The position numbers and the translations under genes are program-made. A stretch of DNA of 63,997 bases, filler included, from an uncultured bacterium (GTDB lineage: Bacteria > CAYJOG01): the NCBI GenBank assembly GCA_964371695.1. It is 11 parts of 11 records of this genome, joined end to end, with 100 filler letters (N's around TTAATTAATTAA, not from the genome) between each part and the next. Parts side by side here need not be neighbours in the genome. Positions count along the whole stretch, not along the records: positions 42,736 to 48,574 come from CAYJOG010000196.1; positions 48,675 to 54,568 come from CAYJOG010000197.1; 9 more parts are not named here. One strand, written 5' to 3'. This document shows positions 42,736-52,578 of the stretch, in pieces. A model generated the notes under the pieces. The model worked only from the letters and a program-made list of their open reading frames with translations. It ran no database searches and was not told the origin of the DNA. Position 1 is the first letter of the stretch; each line of letters begins with the position of its first letter.

Positions 42736-44925
42736 ACACTTTATGTCGTGCGCCAGGGCGAGCGCGTGGGCGAGGGCGTGGTGAGCACCGTCAATGGCTT
42801 GCAGGCCAACGTGGACCTGCGCGCCCTGAGCGTGACGCTCGCCCCCAGCCAGGACATGCTGGTGGCCACCGGCGTGTATGCCCGCCTGCGCGAGAAAGCC
42901 GCTCCCTCGCTGCCGCCCCCCATGGTCACGCTGCCCAACAATGTGAACACCCTGGCGGCGGCCTCGGTGGTGGACCCCCTGGAGTCGCTCTATTTCGGCA
43001 GCGAGGCCGAGGTGGTGGCCATTGACACCCTCCGGCCCCGCAACCGCCTCACCTCGCCCAGCACCGTGAGTGTGATTGAAGGCGAAGAGCTGGACCACAT
43101 GCTGGGCCGCTCGCTGGGAGAATTGCTGGCGGACCTGCCCGGCGTGGGCATGATGCAACTGAGCCGCGCCGGGCAGGAAGTGTCCTTTCGCGGCTTCAAC
43201 CGCGAATACAGCAACAAAGTGCTGGTGATGCTGGACGGTCACCCCCTGCACCGCGAATATTTCGGCAACACCCTGTGGGACGCGATTCCCGTGGGGGTGC
43301 GCGACCTGGAACGGGTGGAGATCATCCGTGGCCCCGGCAGCGCGCTTTATGGCGAAAACGCCTTTTTAGGCGTGGTGAACTTCATCACCCGCAAACAGCG
43401 CCCCGGCCGTGGGGACGACTATGCCGTGCTGGGTGTGGACGGCGGTCACCCCCAGGCCGCCGCCGGGGGCAGGCTCAGCCTGCCGGGGGTGGGGCAGGAA
43501 TATCTGGTGTCTGCCGCCACCGGTCACCAACCCGCCTTTGGCGGCAACAACGACAACGCCTTTGGCGCCAGCACCGACGCCCTGCATGTGAGCCAGGGCA
43601 ACCGCCGGTTTTATGTGCGCACCGCCGGAGACGGCCCCCTGCACGCCGCCATCGGCACCAGCCGCCTCAACAAACGGCTTTATTCCCTGGGGGGCTTCAA
43701 CCAGACCTTGCAGGAGACGGGTGTGGGGTCGGTGTCTTATGAAACAGACAAACTCAGCCTGCGGGCGGGTCTGGACCGTTTTGAAGAAACCGCCCAGGCC
43801 AGTTCGTTTGGCGTGCTCACCGGCCTGGCCACCCCCAGCATTCTGGATGAACGGCGCACCTTTGCCGAAGCCTTTGTCAAAGACCTGAACTGGAACCAGA
43901 GCCACTGGACACTGGGCCTGCAGTACAAAAGCAGCCGCGCCAGCGGAGGATTTCTGCCCCAAGCCCAGGACCGCCAGACCCTGAGCGCCCTGTTCAGCAC
44001 CGACTTTCCCCTGGGCAAGGCGGTGGCCACGGCGGGCCTGCGTGTGGACAGCAACGATTTTGAAGAGCGCGTCAGCCCCCGCCTGAGCGTGGTGCGAGAG
44101 CTGGCCGCCGGGCGCTCGGTGCGGTTTTCCATGGGCGAGGCGTTCCGCAGCCCCACCTTTTATGAACTGGGTTATTTCAATCAGCCGCCCCCCATCGCGC
44201 TGGACCTGAGTCAGGTGGACCTGGGGGGCAACCCCGTGCCCCCCGGCGTGACCGGGGCGGACCTGATCTTCACCATCGCGGGCAACACGGCTCTGGACAG
44301 CGAGCGCATCCGCAGTCTGGAGGCGGGTTACCGCGCTCAGGACGAACACAGCAGCCTGGGGGTGACCGCCTTTGTCAACCGCATCGACGGCCTGATCTCG
44401 CCGGTGCAGGTGGAGGACCCCTCCTGCCCTGGTGGTTTTTGCGGCACCAACCCGGCGGACCCCTCGCGCCTGCTCTTTGTGGGCAACGCCACCTTCAAGA
44501 ACACGGGCAAGGCCACCAGCCAGGGGCTGGAGCTGGACTATCGCCGGGACCTGAACGAAAGCCTCACGCTGCTCTATCGCCACAGCCTCAGCCTCACCAA
44601 GGCCAAGGGCCTGGGGGCGGACGTGCCCTTCAGCCCCCGCACCCTCTCCAGTCTGGCCATGCTTTATAACATGGACGACAACGCCAGCCTGCGGGCCACC
44701 GTGCGTTATCAGGGGCCGTTCAACAGCATCAAGGCCCTGAACGCCCCCAGCAAAAAAGAAAAACACCGCACTTTGGTGGACCTGGGCCTGACCCGGAAGC
44801 TGGAAGGCAGCGAGAACCGTCTGGATGTTGACGTTTTGAACGCTTTGGACGAAGAAGTGAGTGATTCCCCAAATTATGAATCTATGGGCAGAATTTTTAG
44901 GGGCAGTGTGACGATTTATTATTAG
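42736..44925 (+). CDS. TonB-dependent receptor (5' truncated)
   Basis: Plug FRG...VLVMLDG, ERVEIIRGPGSALYGENAFLGVVNFIT; FRSPT; terminal aromatic residue. Confidence 0.92.
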   Translation, partial: TLYVVRQGERVGEGVVSTVNGLQANVDLRALSVTLAPSQDMLVATGVYARLREKAAPSLPPPMVTLPNNVNTLAAASVVDPLESLYFGSEAEVVAIDTLRPRNRLTSPSTVSVIEGEELDHMLGRSLGELLADLPGVGMMQLSRAGQEVSFRGFNREYSNKVLVMLDGHPLHREYFGNTLWDAIPVGVRDLERVEIIRGPGSALYGENAFLGVVNFITRKQRPGRGDDYAVLGVDGGHPQAAAGGRLSLPGVGQEYLVSAATGHQPAFGGNNDNAFGASTDALHVSQGNRRFYVRTAGDGPLHAAIGTSRLNKRLYSLGGFNQTLQETGVGSVSYETDKLSLRAGLDRFEETAQASSFGVLTGLATPSILDERRTFAEAFVKDLNWNQSHWTLGLQYKSSRASGGFLPQAQDRQTLSALFSTDFPLGKAVATAGLRVDSNDFEERVSPRLSVVRELAAGRSVRFSMGEAFRSPTFYELGYFNQPPPIALDLSQVDLGGNPVPPGVTGADLIFTIAGNTALDSERIRSLEAGYRAQDEHSSLGVTAFVNRIDGLISPVQVEDPSCPGGFCGTNPADPSRLLFVGNATFKNTGKATSQGLELDYRRDLNESLTLLYRHSLSLTKAKGLGADVPFSPRTLSSLAMLYNMDDNASLRATVRYQGPFNSIKALNAPSKKEKHRTLVDLGLTRKLEGSENRLDVDVLNALDEEVSDSPNYESMGRIFRGSVTIYY

Positions 44926-44934
44926 AGCGTCTTT

Positions 44935-46473
44935 ATGGTCTCTCGCGTGCGAAAATATCTTCACAAAACAGTCCTCACTGGGACAGTTTTATTCGCGCTT
45001 GTACTATTTGGTGGCTGCGGCGGCGGTGTGGCCACACAAACCCCCAAGGGCAACAGCACCCAGGTTTCCACCAGCAACGACCAGATCGGCGTGGACGTGG
45101 GTTTTTCGCCCCTGGGCATCAGTGTGCGCCAGCGGGTGGATCAAACCAGCCCCATCTTCACCCTCACGCCCAAAGACGGCCAGCGCACCACCGTCACCGT
45201 AGACCTCACCGGCTTTGGCGAAACCGTGGACGTGATTGTGGAAGACCAGCCCTTCACCGCCGCCGTTTATCCGGGTGACAAAAGCATGGCCAGCTTTGGC
45301 GAAACCTATTGTCTGATGGTGGTGGACGTGGACGCGGCGGTGGAAAAACCCTGCGACGCCACCACCGGCGCCCTGCCCCAGCCCATCACCATCGAGTTTG
45401 GTTTTGACCCCAAAAAAGTCCCCGCCGGTTTCACCCCCGCCGAGGCCACCGTCATGTTTTATGACGGCTCGAAATGGTGGGACATCGGCGCGACGGTGGA
45501 CCCCGCCACGGGCAAGATTCGCGTGAACACCACACAGACCAATCTGCTCAAAGTGGTCTTTCGCCACCTCCCCCCCCAGGGTGTGGTCACGCTCAACGAC
45601 GTGCGGCTCGAGGCCCCCCAGAGCAGCCTGATGGAAGGCGACACCAGTTATCTGCGGGCCTACGCCACTTATTCGGACAACACCATGCGCGAGATCACCG
45701 AAGAAGCCTCGTTTGTCATCAGCGACCCCAGCCGGGCGCTGTTGGTGGGCAACAACGGCGTGCGGGCCATCTCGGCGGGCCAGACCACCGTCATCGCCTC
45801 TTTCGACGGCAAAAATTCGCAGGTGGAAACCATCACCATTCTGGACGTGATGGCCCCCGCCCCGGTGGTGACGCTGAACGCCCAGGTGCTGGCCACCGGC
45901 TCGCAGGTGTTCCTGTCGTGGACGCTGGTGAACGACGTGGACGTGGCGTTCTACGAGGTTTACCAGTCCAGCCAGCCCTTTGCGGCGCTGTCAGAATCTG
46001 GCGTGGCGCTGGTGGGCAAAACCAGCAGCGCGTTCACCAGCACCTTCACCTTTGGCGCACTGAACAACGGCGCGTATTTCTTCGCCGTGGTGGCGGTGGA
46101 TGATTCGGGCAACCGCAACGGCGCGCCGGGCAATCTGGCCTCTGTGGAAGTGCTGGACCACACCGCTCCCCCGGTGGTGGACTTCACCTTCGCCCCCAAG
46201 CTGGGCGCGGACGGGCAGGTGATCGGCATTGTGCTGGACTGGTCGAACTACACCAACGGCGACGCGATGAAATACACCATCCGCCGCGCCCTGTCTGACT
46301 TCACCAACGTGAACGACGGCGCAGTGGTGGCCGACAACCTGACCGAAAAATCTTATGAAGACCTCACCGCCAACACACCGGGCACCTACTTCTACGCCGT
46401 CATCGCCATAGACGCCAGCGGCAACCAGCTCACCGACCTGCCCGCAGGCACGGTGAAGGCGTTTACGTTTTAG
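44935..46473 (+). CDS. Lipoprotein with Ig-like (Big_2) and FN3-like domains
   Basis: Lipobox FGGC; YATYSD; YFFAVVAVDDSGN and YFYAVIAIDASGN. Confidence 0.75.
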   Translation: MVSRVRKYLHKTVLTGTVLFALVLFGGCGGGVATQTPKGNSTQVSTSNDQIGVDVGFSPLGISVRQRVDQTSPIFTLTPKDGQRTTVTVDLTGFGETVDVIVEDQPFTAAVYPGDKSMASFGETYCLMVVDVDAAVEKPCDATTGALPQPITIEFGFDPKKVPAGFTPAEATVMFYDGSKWWDIGATVDPATGKIRVNTTQTNLLKVVFRHLPPQGVVTLNDVRLEAPQSSLMEGDTSYLRAYATYSDNTMREITEEASFVISDPSRALLVGNNGVRAISAGQTTVIASFDGKNSQVETITILDVMAPAPVVTLNAQVLATGSQVFLSWTLVNDVDVAFYEVYQSSQPFAALSESGVALVGKTSSAFTSTFTFGALNNGAYFFAVVAVDDSGNRNGAPGNLASVEVLDHTAPPVVDFTFAPKLGADGQVIGIVLDWSNYTNGDAMKYTIRRALSDFTNVNDGAVVADNLTEKSYEDLTANTPGTYFYAVIAIDASGNQLTDLPAGTVKAFTF

Positions 46474-46555
46474 TCGGCGGTTGAGCAACCCCAAAATGGT
46501 CCGCTGCTGTCGTCAGCTCAGATTTTCGGATATTTGATATATTGGGAAAACGCCC

Positions 46556-47416
46556 GTGCAAGAAGAACAACCCTTGGTGCCAGAAAGCTCGGCCGTGCGG
46601 GTTGCCTTGTGGCGAGCCTTGCACGTTCAGCATGATTTGCCGCCGCACGTGCTTGATGATGAGATTGGTCTGAAATTGGTGGCCCCAGACGATGGCTGGC
46701 GCCGCCGCCCCGACATGGACCCCCAGGCCACGCGCCTCTTCCGCGCCTCCATCGTGGCCCGAGCGCGCTTCATCGAGGATTTGGTTGAAGAACGGGCGGC
46801 CCACGGTGTCACCCAATATGTGATCCTGGGCGCGGGTCTGGACACATTCGCCCAGCGCAGGCCTGAAATCGCCTCAAGGCTCAGGGTGTTCGAAGTCGAT
46901 CAGCCCGGTCCTCAAGCCTGGAAGCGCCAGCGTTTGATTGAGCTTGGTTTGGGTATCCCCGACTGGCTGCGGCTTGTTCCGGTAAATTTTGAAGCAGGCG
47001 AAACATGGTGGGAGCAATTGGCCCCCGTCGGCTTCGAAGCTAACCAGCCGACAGTTGTGGCCTCCATGGGTGTCAGCATGTACCTCACCAAAGATGCAAT
47101 TGCGGCCAAGCTGCGCCAGGTTGCCGAATTGGTCCCTGGCTCCATCCTAGCCATGTCATTCCTCTTGCCCTTTGAGCTTGCAGACCCCGAGGTGCGTCCC
47201 GGACTTGAAATGTCGCAGAAGGGCGCACAGGCAAGCGGGACGCCCTTTATCAGTTTCTTCACGCCCCCGGAGATCATGGCATTGGCCGGTGAAGCTGGCT
47301 TTAGAGACGTGCAGCACATATCGGCAGCCACGCTTGCCCAGCGTTACTTTGCCGACAGGCCAGATGGTCTGCGCCCACCAAACAATGCAGAAGAGTTGCT
47401 GATCGCGGCGACGTAA
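46556..47416 (+). CDS. SAM-dependent methyltransferase (LCM family)
   Basis: RARFIED, QYVILGAGLDT, FEVDQP. Confidence 0.9.
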   Translation: MQEEQPLVPESSAVRVALWRALHVQHDLPPHVLDDEIGLKLVAPDDGWRRRPDMDPQATRLFRASIVARARFIEDLVEERAAHGVTQYVILGAGLDTFAQRRPEIASRLRVFEVDQPGPQAWKRQRLIELGLGIPDWLRLVPVNFEAGETWWEQLAPVGFEANQPTVVASMGVSMYLTKDAIAAKLRQVAELVPGSILAMSFLLPFELADPEVRPGLEMSQKGAQASGTPFISFFTPPEIMALAGEAGFRDVQHISAATLAQRYFADRPDGLRPPNNAEELLIAAT

Positions 47417-47688
47417 CGCATCTGCTCCACACCTTGTTCAGGATGCGACAGTGGTTCATCTGGAATGAAATACGTAGCAGCGATGTCCTCATTGCTGCTG
47501 TATTGGTGCGGTGGGGACACCGCACCTACTCCTCATTTTTAAATAGCAGGGTGTTTGATAAACACCCCGCTAGAGCATTTTCGGAATTGGTAGAGCACTA
47601 CGGAGGTGGGGGTGCTGCCGCACCCCAATTCAATTGACGGATATTAAAAACAGGCTCTGGAAAAACTGCCGTTGCGCGAGGCCCGGCC

Positions 47689-48574
47689 ATGGGTGAAACT
47701 CCCTGCGCCCCGTGGGGCGGGTCTTTGTGGCCGGAAAGGATCGCTTGTTTGAAACCATCCTTTTTCAGCGCCGGGTTTGAACGGTTGCGATTTCGGCCTC
47801 TGTGCCAGTGGCGAATCTCGCTGGTGGGCTGGTGGGGTGTGGGACTGGCGAGCACATGGTTGCTGCTGGGCTTGTTCCTGCGCCCATTGATGGCTGCGCC
47901 GCTGCCCGTGACCGAGGTGTTTGGCCGCGACCCCGGCCTTGCGCCGGTGGTGGAACTTGCTCCCTTGCCCGCCCCCCTTGCGCCAGACCTGAGTCCCCAG
48001 ACATTTTCCCTTGCCTTGCCGGGGGGTCAGGTTTTGAATGGCCTGTGGTTTGCCCCCCCGGCGGGTGCCCCCCAGCGCCCGGCGGTGGTGGTGGACGCGC
48101 CCCAGGGCGACACCGCCGCCCGCGAGGCCGCCGTGGCGCTGGCGCGGGCCGGTTTTGCGGTGTTGCTGCTGAGTGGTGTGTCGCCGGGGGATTATCTGGC
48201 CCCGGTGGCCGAACGGGTGCGCCTGGGGCTTTTGTTTCAGCAGGCGGCCCAGACGGCCCCCTCGGCAGACCCCTGGGCCGCGCCGGTGTTCTGGGCCTTT
48301 CGTCAGAAGTTGCAGTGGTGGGTGCAGGCCCGCTTGCTGGCGCAAGACTGGCTGCTGAAACAACCCGGCGTGGACCGGGGCCGTGTGGGTCTGTGGGCTT
48401 TTGCAGACGGTCAGGGTCTGGGCCCCCTGTTGTTCCGGCGCGATCACCGTTATGGCGCGTTGCTTTTCCACGCCCCCGCACCGGGGCCGCAAGCCGAAGA
48501 AAAAGCCCTGGCGCACGCCCTGGCCCGTTTGGGTTTCAAAGATCAGAACCGCCCCTGGCAGGCCCTGATTGAAA
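47689..48574 (+). CDS. Hypothetical secreted alpha/beta-hydrolase-like protein (start uncertain, 3' truncated)
   Basis: RPAVVV, LARAGFAVL, PGVDRGRVGLW. Confidence 0.45.
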
Positions 48575-48700
48575 NNNNNNNNNNNNNNNNNNNNNNNNNN
48601 NNNNNNNNNNNNNNNNNNTTAATTAATTAANNNNNNNNNNNNNNNNNNNNNNNNNNNNNNNNNNNNNNNNNNNNAAAGGTGTGTTGTTTTTGTTTCAACT

Positions 48701-48727
48701 GGATTCCCGCTTTCGCGGGAATGACGG
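48701..48727. repeat. GGATTCCCGC...GGGAATGAC palindromic repeat. Also at 24647 and 29340; partial at 8874.
   Basis: ATTCCC-N8-GGGAAT core on multiple contigs. Confidence 0.8.
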
Positions 48728-48900
48728 CGAGGGCGGTAGAGGTTTTTTTCTTTTTTCAGCCTCCAACAATTTCCAGCCACCGACCTCCATCCGCCAGCGT
48801 CCAACGTCCAAACTTCAACTTCCTGCTTTTGAAAAAAAACCGGCGGGCAAAAACCCGCCGGCTCCAAGTTTTCCGGCTGCGCCCTATACAACAGCCAGAC

Positions 48901-51522
48901 TCAATACTTCCATTCAAAACCCAGCAGCGCCGTAAAGGGCTTGCCGGGCCGGGGGCCAAGGGGGTGGCGCACCGCGATGTACTCCTTGTCGAACAGGTTT
49001 TGCAGGTCCAGGCTCACGGTCTGGTTTTTGCCGATTTTCACATGGCCAGAGACATCCACCGTGGTATAGGCGTCGGTTTTGCCGATGCGCTCATCGGTGG
49101 CGCTGGTGGTGTTGCCCGCCGTGCTCCACATGGCGCTGGTGTGGGCGGCGTCCACCGAAAAACCCCATTTTTCCCATTCCCATTCGCTGCCCACCTGCAA
49201 CTGTGTGCGGGGCACATAGGGCACCTCGGCCCCTTTTTTGCCGCCAGAAAAAATGCCCCCCGTCACGGCGCTGGAATCTTCGATGGTGGCGTCGGTAAGG
49301 GTGAGCGCCAGTGTCCAGGGATTTTTGTATTGACGGTGTGCGGCGGTGGCCGGGTCAAAGGCCAGTGAAAATTCCAGCCCCTGCGTGAGGATGTCGCCGC
49401 CGTTGAACGTCACACCGGCAATGCCCCCCGCACCGGCGTTGCCCGTCACCACCAGGTCGTTGAAATCAGTGCGAAAGAACACGGCCTCGGCGGTGAGTTG
49501 GCGCTTTGCGTCTTCATAACGCGCCCCCAGTTCCAGGCTCAGGGCTTTTTCCTGTTCCAGGTTGGCGCTGGGAGTAAAGGGCCGGGCGCGATCACCGCCG
49601 GTGGCCCCGTCTGGTCCAGGTGGGGACACCCCCTGATGCAGACCCCCCAGCAGGCTCCAGTAACCACCCGCCTTATAGGTGGCCCCCACTCCCGCCGCCA
49701 ACATGCCAAAGTCCGCGCTGGCGGTACGCTCCCAGGGTTTGGCGGGGTTGGTCTTGTTGTAATCGGCGTAGTCCATGTTCAGCCACTCGGCCCGCACGCC
49801 GGGGGTCACCTTCCACCGGCCATGGGTCACGGTGTCTTGCAGGTAAAGCGCCAGACTGGTGGTTTCGCGCAACTGGTTGTCTTTGCTGCCCGGCGCGCCG
49901 GTGACGGTGTTGGTGATGAATGGCCCCGGCTGGCCCGTGGCCGAAGACCCGCTGATGGTGTACACGGTCTGGTTCTGTATCCGCCGCTCTTTGTCCTGAT
50001 GAAAACGCAGGCCCAGTTCCAGGCCGTGTTGGGTGCTGCCCTTGCCCGCCGTGTGGCGCACCACGGTTTCTGCCCCCTGGGCGGAATAGATGCGGTTGTT
50101 GTTGGTGTAGGTCCACGTGCCGTCGGCCAAGCCTTTGATGACCGCCAGCGTGGCCGGGGCGGCGCTGTTGATGGGGCCGTCATGTTTGAACCAACTGCGG
50201 CGGAACTTGTTGTAATAAACCGTGGTGGTGGTGTCGGTGCGTTCACTGTTCTGAATCTGATGCTTCAGCGACACCTGATGATGCAGCGTGGGGAAATAAT
50301 CAAAGGCGCTGGCGGCGTAGCGGCGGCGGGAATCCTTGCGGAAATCCGCCGTGGTGATGCCCAGATAGGTCTCGTGGCTTTTCAGGTCGCTGAGGCCCCA
50401 TTTCAGGTCCAGCTTCTGATAACGCTTGCCGCCCCACTGATAAGACAACTTGATCATCGGCTCGATTTTGCTGAAGCCGGTGTTGGCGTCGGCGGAACCC
50501 TGCAAAAAGCCGGTGTGGTCCAGTTTTTTGAAACCATCGCTGGAGCGCCGGTAAAGCTCCACCAGATAACCCAGGCGGTTCTGGCCCCGGGGCAGGCTGT
50601 CGCCCACTGTCATGTGCAACTGGCTCTCGTTGAAGCTGCCCAGACGATAAGCCACCCGCGCGGCATATTGGGTGGGAATGGGGGTGCTGAGATAGTTGAT
50701 GACGCCGCCAGTGGTGTGGGGGCCGTATTTGATCTGGCTGCTGCCCTTGAGCACCTCCAGGCCCGACATGCGCCCCACCGTGGGGGTGTAATAGGCGCTG
50801 GGGCTGCTATAGGGGGCAGGGGCCACCAATATGCCGTCTTCCATGATGGTCACCTTGGCGCTGCGGCCGCTGTCCACCCCCCTCAGGCTGATGCCCGGCA
50901 ACAGGCCGTTGCCGTCTTCTTCGCGCACAAACACGCCGGGCACGGACTTGAGAATCTTGGCCACGTCATCGGTGGCGTGTTTCTGGATTTCTTTGGCCTC
51001 CACAAAACTGGCCGAGCCGGGCAGGCCCCGCGCCCGTTTTTTGGAGCCCACCACGGTGATGACCGGCAGATCCCCGGTGGACTTGGCATTTTTGGTGGGG
51101 CCGGATTTGGCTTTTTTTACTGATTTTTTGGTGGATTTGACGTCTTTTTCAGCTTTTTTGGCCTTGCTGGGGGCTTTTTTGGCCATTTTTTGGCTTTTTT
51201 CAGCTTTGGCCAGCATGGAGGGGCTGTCCGCAAATTTTGCGGGAGTAGCGGCGGTGTCCACACCGCCGTGAAGGGCGGAAACCTCTTGTTTTTCTTTTGG
51301 GTTGTGCGCCGTGGGGACACCGCGCCTGCTCAGAAAGGGCAGAAAAATCGGGGATTTTTCCCTTGAGCCGACAGCCAAACCCACGGACGGGGCCAATTGG
51401 GGTGAGTCCGCCGCCTTGGCGGACGGGGAGGAAGGGAATAAACTGGCAGCCCCCGTCAGAAAAAGGCCAGCTAAACCAAAAACGGCCAGAACACGCCGGG
51501 GGGATAAAAAATGATGGGACAT
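48901..51522 (-). CDS. TonB-dependent receptor, FecA-like
   Basis: Signal peptide; EEDGNGLLPGISLRG, EVLKGSSQIKYGP, NLFDKEY, C-terminal GFEWKY. Confidence 0.93.
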   Translation of the reverse strand: MSHHFLSPRRVLAVFGLAGLFLTGAASLFPSSPSAKAADSPQLAPSVGLAVGSREKSPIFLPFLSRRGVPTAHNPKEKQEVSALHGGVDTAATPAKFADSPSMLAKAEKSQKMAKKAPSKAKKAEKDVKSTKKSVKKAKSGPTKNAKSTGDLPVITVVGSKKRARGLPGSASFVEAKEIQKHATDDVAKILKSVPGVFVREEDGNGLLPGISLRGVDSGRSAKVTIMEDGILVAPAPYSSPSAYYTPTVGRMSGLEVLKGSSQIKYGPHTTGGVINYLSTPIPTQYAARVAYRLGSFNESQLHMTVGDSLPRGQNRLGYLVELYRRSSDGFKKLDHTGFLQGSADANTGFSKIEPMIKLSYQWGGKRYQKLDLKWGLSDLKSHETYLGITTADFRKDSRRRYAASAFDYFPTLHHQVSLKHQIQNSERTDTTTTVYYNKFRRSWFKHDGPINSAAPATLAVIKGLADGTWTYTNNNRIYSAQGAETVVRHTAGKGSTQHGLELGLRFHQDKERRIQNQTVYTISGSSATGQPGPFITNTVTGAPGSKDNQLRETTSLALYLQDTVTHGRWKVTPGVRAEWLNMDYADYNKTNPAKPWERTASADFGMLAAGVGATYKAGGYWSLLGGLHQGVSPPGPDGATGGDRARPFTPSANLEQEKALSLELGARYEDAKRQLTAEAVFFRTDFNDLVVTGNAGAGGIAGVTFNGGDILTQGLEFSLAFDPATAAHRQYKNPWTLALTLTDATIEDSSAVTGGIFSGGKKGAEVPYVPRTQLQVGSEWEWEKWGFSVDAAHTSAMWSTAGNTTSATDERIGKTDAYTTVDVSGHVKIGKNQTVSLDLQNLFDKEYIAVRHPLGPRPGKPFTALLGFEWKY

Positions 51523-51554
51523 GGGAACAACTCCTGAATCGGTGATTCGCGCAT

Positions 51555-51605
51555 TTATTGAAATCGCGTCTCAATAACCTTAATGGCGCGCAACATCCAA
51601 GTCAA
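51555..51605 (-). promoter_or_regulatory. Sigma70 promoter with a Fur-box-like operator
   Basis: TTGACT(51605-51600)-N17-TAAGGT(51582-51577); palindrome TTATTGA-N9-TCAATAA at 51555-51577 covers the predicted +1. Confidence 0.6.
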
Positions 51606-52030
51606 GGCCCAAAAACAGGGATGCAGACTTCCCTGTTCATGGCGGTCAGATTTTTGGAGGTTGGAAATTGCTGGTTGGTTGTTGGATGTTGGTGGTTGGA
51701 GGCCGGAAAAAGAAAAGGCCCTTCTTTTCCCTCTCCCGTCCGCAGAATGGGAGAGGGTGGCAGTGACCAGCCTGGGCTGGTCACTGCCGGGTGAGGGCAA
51801 CCTTTAAAGAAACAAAAACCGAATAAGGTTTTTTGTCTTTTTTATTAATGCCCGGCGGTTTCGCGCTTCGCGCTCAGGCAGGCGGGACGCCCGCCCTACT
51901 CCACCGCGCCACCTTCTCCCATCTGCGACGGGAGAAGGAACAGGGAGAGGTTTTTGTTTCAACTGGACTGCCGCAAAAGCGGGAAGCCATCTCAAACAAA
52001 AACTTCATACCGCTACAGCACGGTTGTCTG

Positions 52031-52477
52031 TCAATCCGCAGTATCCAGCCACAGCGTCACCGGGCCGTCGTTGTGGATTTCCACCAGCATGTGCGCCCCG
52101 AACATCCCCTGCGCCACGGGTGAAATCCCCAGGCGGGTCAGTTCTTTGGCGAAAAAATCCACCAGTTCGCGGGCCTGATCGGGCGGGGCGGCACCGGTAA
52201 AGGAGGGGCGGCGGCCCTTTCGGGTGTCGGCAAACAGGGTGAACTGGCTCACCACCAAGGCCCCGCCCGACACGTCCAGCAACGAACGGTTCATCTTGCC
52301 CGCCTCATCGGCGAATATCCGGCAGTGGGCGATTTTTTCGGCCAGTTGGCTGGCCTCGGCCTGACTGTCGCCCGGCCCCACCCCCACCAGCAGGGCCACA
52401 CCCGGCCCGATGCGCCCCACGATCTGGCCCTCCACCGTCACCGATGCCGCAGAAACCCGTTGGAGGAGGACACGCAT
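52031..52477 (-). CDS. dtd: D-aminoacyl-tRNA deacylase
   Basis: QRV, SQFTL, KGRRPSF, NDGPVT. Confidence 0.97.
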   Translation of the reverse strand: MRVLLQRVSAASVTVEGQIVGRIGPGVALLVGVGPGDSQAEASQLAEKIAHCRIFADEAGKMNRSLLDVSGGALVVSQFTLFADTRKGRRPSFTGAAPPDQARELVDFFAKELTRLGISPVAQGMFGAHMLVEIHNDGPVTLWLDTAD

Positions 52478-52578
52478 GGGGGAAGCCGGATAAGTGTGTT
52501 TTCAGAAATTGAAGTGCAGGCAGCGGGCAGGTTTTTTTCCTCTCTCCAGCGGGAGCGGGGAGAGGGAACGATGACGTG

